A stretch of 64,000 bases of DNA, taken from NCBI GenBank assembly GCA_964035545.1, contig OZ037772.1, positions 3,935,538-3,999,537 of the forward strand, given 5' to 3'. Of this stretch, positions 63,655-64,000 are shown one piece after another; positions within the stretch are counted from its first letter, which is position 1; each line of letters begins with the position of its first letter. The translations under genes were made by a program, and so were the position numbers. Below the pieces are notes generated by a model. The model was not told where the DNA came from and ran no database searches. It saw only the letters and a program-made list of their open reading frames with translations. The DNA comes from Bugula neritina. Its lineage: Eukaryota; Animalia; Bryozoa.

Positions 63655-64000
63655 ATGAGTAGGCCACAACTAGAAGGTGCAGCAGCAATTTGAGATCCCC
63701 GTTTGCAATACCTCATCAAAGATATAGAACAGGTGCAAAATAATGCAATCAGATTCATTGCTAAATTGAAAGGCAGAGACAGTATCACTGTGGCACGTGA
63801 CAAACTAAACCTAGAATCTCTCCCCGACAGACGCTTCAAGCTGAGGCACAAGTTACTGTTGCGACTTCTATCTAATGAGGGAAATCAGGCATCTCTAACC
63901 AACTCCTATGAACTGATGAACAGTAAAACCTAAAATACTAGGTTTACTAAGGCATCAAGCAGGGACGATCCTCCAACCATTTTTGCAAAATCAGCAGCCT
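63655..64000 (+). mobile_element. Non-LTR retrotransposon (CR1/L2-like) ORF2 C-terminal fragment
   Basis: RPQLEGAAAI*DPRLQYLIKDIEQVQNNAIRFI..LNLESLPDRR resembles the post-RT RP.LEY...W.P......IE.VQ..A.R motif; 5'-truncated, with stops. Confidence 0.75.

Overview
AT-rich, intron-rich animal (invertebrate-type) genomic DNA; not prokaryotic. It is built from an imperfect tandem segmental duplication (copy A ~2000-39058, copy B ~39764-56950). Each copy carries an intact 7-coding-exon TRIM-type gene (RING, two B-boxes, coiled coil, NHL-like beta-propeller; 620 and 621 aa). The two paralogues have near-identical N-terminal halves but differ radically at periodic loop positions of the propeller. A third, inverted terminal-exon fragment varies at the same sites. 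The TRIM genes are flanked by decayed genes: a fibrillar-collagen C-propeptide pseudogene on the left and a valyl-tRNA synthetase pseudogene on the minus strand (exons 1-14 at 54725-62679; exons 12-14 duplicated and exon 15 present only at 30679-38344). Copy A also holds a 5'-truncated KIAA1586/ZNF862-type hAT transposon next to a full-length 7.4-kb Ty3/Gypsy LTR element. That element has a tRNA-Leu PBS, a G_UUA_AAC plus pseudoknot -1 frameshift signal, and an unusual third ORF (acidic region, C2H2-type zinc fingers, coiled coil) split by a UGA-CUAG readthrough-type stop. The rest is minisatellites, MITEs, and Penelope-like and LINE fragments. All gene models and counts were made by hand from the sequence; no database search was run.
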